Assembly (NCBI GenBank): GCA_963693365.1
Contig: CAVNZM010000001.1
Location: 21,336,125-21,400,124 of the forward strand
DNA: 64,000 nucleotides
Direction of reading: 5' to 3'
From: Amoebidium appalachense
Taxonomy: Eukaryota; Protista; Ichthyosporea
The notes beneath the pieces are model-generated. The model made no database searches, was not told the DNA's origin, and worked only from the letters and a program-made list of their open reading frames with translations. This document shows, piece by piece, positions 57,150-64,000 of this stretch (the first letter of the stretch is position 1; every line of letters starts with the position of its first letter). The position numbers and the translations under genes were made by a program.

Positions 57150-57440
57150 TGGTGCGTGTGGGCACATGGATGCAGGTGGTGCGTGTGGGCACATGGATGC
57201 ATGTGATTGGCTCCCTGTGCGGGCACATGGATGCATGTGATTGGCTGTGTGGGCACAAGGATGCATGTGATTGGCTGCATGGGCACATGGATGCATGTGA
57301 TTGGCTGTGTGGGCACAAGGATGTGCATGTGATTGGCTGCATGGGCACATGATGCATGTGATTGGCTGTGTGGACACAAGGATGCCATGTGATTGGCTGC
57401 ATGGGCACATGGATACATGTGATTGGCTGCCTGTGCGGGC
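57150..57440. repeat. About 30-bp minisatellite containing GATTGGCT (CCAAT) between convergent genes
   Basis: GGGCACATGGATGCATGTGATTGGCTG repeated about 8 times. Confidence 0.85.
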
Positions 57441-57981
57441 ATGTGCAGGCAAGTTCTGACTGGCGTTCTAGCCTATGTATGTCAGGCTATGAATCGACGA
57501 ACCCTTTTCATAGCTCTTCCCTAAAAAATCAGAGCTACCTATTGATTTAGCTAGCCCCATGTGTATAATGTGGCCGGGTCCAGCCCTGGCCTGCACCGGG
57601 CTGCTGCCGGCAGCATGCCCTTGCAGCAGTTTACTAATTATAGATCTTGACTGGCCAGCTGGGCTGGCGCAGAAGTCACCGGTGTTGGGCTCACTGCACG
57701 TGCACGTCCATACATGCATGTGTTCAAGCGTGCACGTGTGCATGTTTGTGGGTAGCCACCTTCAGTTAGTGCTTGTGCGTGTGCTTGCGGTGTTCTATGT
57801 GTGTGCATGCACACGTCGGTGTATGTTTGGGGTCTGCGCGCAGGCACACGTGCAGATGTGCCCCGTGCTTCCGCATCTGTGTGATCGTGCACATTTGGAG
57901 GTGATTGCACGTGCACAGGACGGGGCCATGCCTGTGTGCCCGGCCTGATGCATGGGCTTGTGTGGGAGCATACATGCATGG

Positions 57982-58473
57982 CTAGGCCAGGTACATGGCC
58001 TCGAAGATGGGCAGCAGCTCGGAGAAGGCCGGCCTGGAGTCTGCATTTGTCTGCAGGCCACATGTCAGCATGCAGGGCCATACATGTGTCAGCATGCAGG
58101 GCCATACACGTGTCAGCATGCAGGGCCATACACGTGTCAGCATGCAGGGCCATACACGTGTCAGCATGCAGGGCCATACACATGTCAGGATGCAGGGCCT
58201 TTGTGTGTGGGGCAGCAGGGGGCTGCTTACCTGCCAGCACAGGCCACAGATCTTGCGGATGGTCGGCACTACGTCATCGGCTATCTCGGGCCGTAGCTCC
58301 TCATACACCACCTATCCAGGCAGTCAGTAGCCGCCACACACACGCATATGCAGTGGCACAGGCATACACACACAGAGAGAGGCACACAAACACATACACA
58401 TACACACACACTAACCAACACACTACCACAACAAGCACCCAAACACGCACGCACACACGCACGCACGCGCGCG

Positions 58474-58565
<92 letters not shown>

Positions 58566-61500
58566 GCATGCACGGGAATACACCTGCCCACCCGTGGGTC
58601 GGCGTGCTCACAGGGCACACACACGCACGCAAGAGCAACACGCATGCACACACATACACAGGTACACCCATACACACACACACACCCATACACCAAGACA
58701 TACCTTGAGGCCACAAGCCATCCTGGGCATGCCCTCATAGGGGTGTGTGCGGCTGAATATCTCGTTGAGGACCACCCCGTACGAGTACACGTCACTCTTG
58801 GGGCCCTGCAGCAATGGGTCCTCCAGCACTGCCCAGCCAATCAGCCAATCAGCACCCAGCAACCTGCATGCACCCACAGGGGGGTCCTACCTTCGGGGGC
58901 CATCCACTGGGGGGCATACTCGCACAGGCGCAGCATGCTGTTGAAGCTGAACCCGCAGTCCCCCATGCATAGCATCAGGTTGAGCCGCTGGTCCACCTGC
59001 ACCCCTGTTAGCCCGCCATGCATCCGGGGGTGGCGCTGATGCATGCAGGCCCAGTGGAGGCCGTGCGAGGGGCTGGAAGCTAATATTGTGGGATAGTATG
59101 GGGGAGGGGGAGAGAAACAGAGGAGGCACGGACCATGATGCTGGGGCTCTGCAGGTGCCAGTAGAGCACGGGGGGGCTGAGGGCATGCAGGTAGGCCATG
59201 GCCCGCACTATGTCCAGCGCCATGTGCACCTGCACACGCTCATCGGCAGGCAGCTGCCCCGCACCTATCAGACCGTACAGGCTGCCTCTGGGCACATGCT
59301 GCGTCACTGCATGCACGGGTCAGCATGCACAGCCAGGCAGGCACACACAGGCAGGCAGACACACACAGCCAGGCAGACACACACAGACAGGCAGGCGCAC
59401 ACAGCCAGGCAGACACACACAGCCATGCAGGCACACACAGCCAGGCAGGCACACACAGCCAGGCAGGCACACACAGACAGGCAGGCACACACAGACAGGC
59501 AGGGGCACACAGACAGGCAGACACACACAGACAGGCAGGCACACACAGACAGGCAGACACACACAGACAGGCAGACACACACAGGCAGACACACACAGCC
59601 ATGCAGGCACACACAGCCAGGCAGGCACACACAGCCAGGCAGGCACACACAGACAGGCAGGCACACACAGACAGGCAGGCACACACAGACAGGCAGGGGC
59701 ACACAGACAGGCAGACACACACAGACAGGCAGGGGCACACAGACAGGCAGACACACACAGCCAGGCAGGCACACACAGCCAGGCAGGCACACACAGCCAC
59801 GATCAGAAACACACAACGCCACCAAGCATGTCCCTTAAGCCCCAACCCATCCATCAGACATCCACTACCCCACCCACCGAGCATGATGTCCATGGGCACG
59901 GGGCCTGCCCCCTCGTCGGGCTGTGTGTCCACAATGCCCAGTACGGGCAGCACGTTGGGGTGCATCGGCTCCAGCGTCCTGCACACACGGTCAGGGGGTG
60001 TTGGGGTGCATGCATGCAGGTGGGGTGGGTGCCTGATGCTAAGTGGCGCCATGCCCTCACATGTGCCCTGTGCGCCTGTGCCCCTCTGTGGGTTTGTAGC
60101 CTGACTGTTGCTGCCTGCCTGCCTGCCATTATGCCCTATGCACCACTATGTCTTGGTCATTATGCCCGACTCAATATACCCTATGCATTATCATAATTCA
60201 ACACTATGCCCTACTCACCACTATGCCCTATTCACAATGGTCTATTCAACACCATGCCCTATTTGCTATGCCCTAACCATTATTCTCTAGTCATTATGCC
60301 CTATTCACCACTATGCCCTATTCACCATGCCCCATCTATGCACTATTCCCCACCATGCCCCATTCATTTTGCCCTATCTATGCCGTATTCGCCACTATGC
60401 CCTATCCATTATGCCCTATCCCTTATGCCCTTTCTATGCCCTATCCATTATGCCCTATCTATGCACCATTCATTATGCCCGATCGATGTGCTATCCATTA
60501 TGCCCTACCCACTATGCCCTATTCCATCAATCACCTGATGCGCTCTATCTCGTCCAGCAGCTCCTGCATCTGTGCCTCTGCCAGTCTGCTGCTGTTCTTG
60601 AGCCGCTTGAACACCACCTGCAGCCCTATCAGTCACCTCAAGCCCCCATGCCCCCCATGCCCCCCCACGTACGTTCTGGCCCTTGAAGATCCCCATGGAG
60701 GCCTCTGTGTAGGGCCCATCTCCCAGCACCTCCCCAATGCGTACAGAGTGGAAGTCCAGCCGCAGCTTGACGTGCCGCAGTGCAACTGCAGGAAGGTGGG
60801 CGTTACACACAGTCTATGCCACACAGCCACCGTCTATGCCACACAGCCACACAGCCACACAGACACACATCCACAATCTGTGCCACACAGCCACAATAGC
60901 ACATTGCATGTTCTATGCCACACAGCCACACCATGCATCCCCATGCATCCCCTCCTTCTCTCTCCACTTACTTGTTGCAAAGCTGACGCCGAAGTTGTGC
61001 GTCTCTGCAACATTCCCCCGTCAGCACCATCCCACATCGGTCACCAGCCACCCCCCTACACGTACATATGTTCCTTGCCAACCCCAAGCCCTCTAATCCT
61101 CTTGCTGACCAGCCCCTCCCCCCCCCCCCCCCCCCCCCCAAACTCCATAAACCTTCCCCCTCCCGTGCACGTGGTCTGCTTTCCAGCATCCTTTCCCATC
61201 CCAGAGTTCCCTCCCCCCCCCCCCCCCCCCCCCCCCCTCCCCCCCGGCCCCCAACACACACGCACCCAACCATTCCGCCCGTCACTCGGCCAGTGCCCCC
61301 CCCTCCTCCCTCCCCCCCCCTCCGTCCCCAAACATGCCCTTCCTGTCCCAGCCTCACACCCTGCTTGCCAGGCCAACACCAGTGCGCCATGGCGGCCCAA
61401 CCAAGGGCCTGCCCAGCCAACCACACGCCAACCCCATAAGGCCTCACGAGCCCACCGCACCCCCAATGGGTCCAGCACGCACCTTTGTACTCGACATCCT

Positions 61501-61892
61501 CGGCCCACACACCCAGACTGCGCGCATACTCTGCAGGGCACAGCGTCAGCCTGCACTGCAGCACAGCCCGCAGCACATGCCACCCACCAACCAACACACA
61601 CACACGGCATCACTCAACAGACAACACAAACCGCCCTTGACCCATACCGTGCCCACCCACCGCCCAACACACCAGCGCAATCCCCACAACCCAGCCACAC
61701 CATTCATTCTCTCTCACCAGCCACCACGGCCAGCCATCGAACCCACATGGCAGCACCTGGGCGCCCTACCGAGTCAGCCCACAGCCACATGGCCACCCCA
61801 AGTGCATGCATGTGATCTCTCCCCCACCACACGCACACACACACGCGCACGTGCACACACACACATACACACGCACGCACACGCGCACGCGC

Positions 61893-61986
<94 letters not shown>

Positions 61987-62129
61987 AGCTGAAGAAACAG
62001 AACCTACCATCCAGCATATTCTCGTCCTTTCCGGCTCGTTTAATTGGGCTGTCGCCATATTTGTTCAGCCGACGAATTTCACCGCCTTTCTCGATTAGTT
62101 TCTGTTGAATCCCAGAGGTTTGAGCTCCT

Positions 62130-62171
<42 letters not shown>

Positions 62172-62176
62172 CCCCA

Positions 62177-62212
<36 letters not shown>

Positions 62213-63853
62213 CTTAATAAACAAACAAACAAACAAATAAATAAATAAACAAGTAAATAAGTAAGGGGAGGAAAGGAGAAAAGGGGCCTTTCTCTTGTTT
62301 TTTTTAAAAAATGTTAAAAAAGAAACCCTAAAAAAGGATGGGAAAAAGACGAAGAAAAGGAAAAAAAAAACTCTAACCCCCCGAACACCCCGACCCCGCC
62401 AGGAAAATAAGTCAATAACGACCCAGCACGAACACACACACACACACAGGCACGTGCACACACCTTTGCTATGTCCACGTGCCCCCACAGGATGGCGTAG
62501 TGCAGGGGCGTGTTGCCGTGCTCGTTGGGGTCGTTGGGGTCCAGCCCTAGCTCCAGCAGCTGCGCCAAAGGTCAGTGCAGGCAGGGGCGTGTGCTTGGTG
62601 GGAATCGAGAGGAGGTCTCTTAATCCAGGCGTGTTTGTGGACATGCGTGGGCCCGTACAAATGTGTTCGTGTGTGCGTTCCCTAAGATGGGCCCAATATG
62701 CGTGCGCGTATTATTGCATGGGTGTCAGTTGGTCGAACCCCCTCGTGCCTGGTGCAGGTATTGTGCGGTACACGTGTAAGTAGCTAAACGTTGTGCCCTG
62801 GGCATAGTGTGTACGCACTGTGTGTGTCAGGTGCACGAGCACACACACAATCAAGCAAGTGTTTGGCCCTGTCTGCTGCACCCTCTTGCCAGCGCAACCA
62901 CACAGGGTGCGCTACCTTGACAGCGGCTGCCAGGTGGCCCTTTGAAGCGCTGATGTGAAGCGCTGTATCCCCCCCGTTGTTCTTTCGCTGCACAACCAAC
63001 AGTCAGCGGCAGCCCTACCCTCAGGACACACCATATGCCCTGCCCCCCTGCCTACCTTCATGTCGAACCTTTTTTCCTTCAAAAATTGCAGCAACTCGGT
63101 CTGGCCCTTCCATGCCGCCCAGTGTACCAGCGAGAACCCGTGCGCATCACTGTGAGGCCCGGTTAGTGTTGAGGTGGCCGGTTTCACTACAGGTAACTGG
63201 ACCATTGTGAGAGACAGTGACAAGACATACACAATCGCACCAACATGTGCACAAAAACACACACAAGCATATCACATATATGCACGTGCACATGTGAATA
63301 CACCTACCCCCACGCACACAGACCGAAGTTAACCTGCTCAACCATGCCAGATAAGCACTGAACGCACGAACCCCAACTTTGCTGCAATTTCATGTCGTTG
63401 AACTACGTGTCACTTTTTGGTTTGTAGGTCACACTTAATACAGATGCCCACGAAACAAACACAGCACCTATACACACGCACATACAAAGCGTGCACGCAC
63501 ACGGATGAATAAGTACCATGTCACCCAAGCAAGTACAAAAGAATATGCGCCTGCACTAACAAGCGACAACATGCACAGAAAATGAACGCACACACGGACA
63601 AACGAACAAACACACACACGAACGCAAAGTATTGGCTCACGAACGTCTGTGCACGCACGAAAGACGAGAACTTATGCGGACGCACGCACAAGCGTACACG
63701 CTGCAAGAGCAAGCTCACACAACAGTGTGCAAGCACACGACACCCACAGCCGCAACGTACAGGCACGTACCATATGTCTGGCTCGACGGCCTTGTCAATG
63801 TGGCGCTGCACCATCACCTTGTCCCCTAGTTGGGCCGCCGTGAACGCGTCCAT
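57982..63853 (-). CDS. ILK: Integrin-linked (pseudo)kinase: ankyrin repeats plus kinase-like domain, 15 exons, about 456 aa
   Basis: Exons: 63853-63771, 63149-63056, 62987-62916, 62559-62464, 62101-62008, 61530-61483, 61004-60972, 60785-60673, 60617-60535, 59978-59878, 59306-59134, 58996-58891, 58828-58704, 58311-58231 and 58050-57982. Motifs [61 protein letters not shown] and [10 protein letters not shown] are colinear with animal ILK. No HRD or DFG. Confidence 0.93.
58062..58197 (-). repeat. 24-bp minisatellite carrying the branch-point motif GCTGAC, in the last ILK intron
   Basis: The minus-strand unit GGCCCTGCATGCTGACACGTGTAT repeated 5-6 times immediately upstream of the acceptor at 58051-58053. 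Confidence 0.9.
59330..59800. repeat. (ACACACAGACAGGCAGGC)-type minisatellite in ILK intron 10
   Basis: Degenerate tandem units of about 18 bp. Confidence 0.9.
60125..60530. repeat. Degenerate (TATGCCCTAT)-based repeat in ILK intron 9
   Basis: Many TATGCCCTA(T/C) units. Confidence 0.85.
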
Positions 63854-64000
63854 GTTGCCTCTCGGGCGCCCACAGGCCCTGCACTTACTAAAGCCTTCCT
63901 GGGGTGAGTGTCTCGGACCTTGCCGTGCGTTTGATAGATCTAAAGAAAGGGATCAACTTGACTGACGGCTAGTGAAAGCGCCGCACACCGTGTGATGGTA

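Overview
Eukaryotic, intron-rich DNA from a unicellular opisthokont; gene content suggests a holozoan (ichthyosporean-like) or an early-diverging fungus (inference). Most entries in the ORF track are artefacts of (CA)n/(GT)n microsatellites and poly-C/G runs. By hand-splicing at GT-AG boundaries I built seven host genes: TFIIS (+, 8 coding exons), a PacC/Rim101-type zinc-finger protein fused to a SAM domain (-, 4 exons), a secreted (Ala-Pro)-repeat/coiled-coil protein (+, 4 exons), an intronless fumarylacetoacetase (+), FHIP2/FAM160B (-, 20 exons), a small secreted 2H-phosphoesterase (+, 3 exons, divergent from FHIP2) and integrin-linked kinase (-, 15 exons). An AT-richer accessory island at about 16-27 kb holds a candidate solo LTR, two intronless orphan ORFs (one OTU-like, one weakly winged-helix-like), a TTAA-flanked palindromic MITE and a frameshifted APE+RT LINE. 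A second TIR element sits in intron 1 of the 2H gene. The best leads are the secreted 2H phosphodiesterase, the PacC-SAM fusion and splice acceptors directly abutting CA microsatellites. All homology calls come from motif recognition, not database searches.
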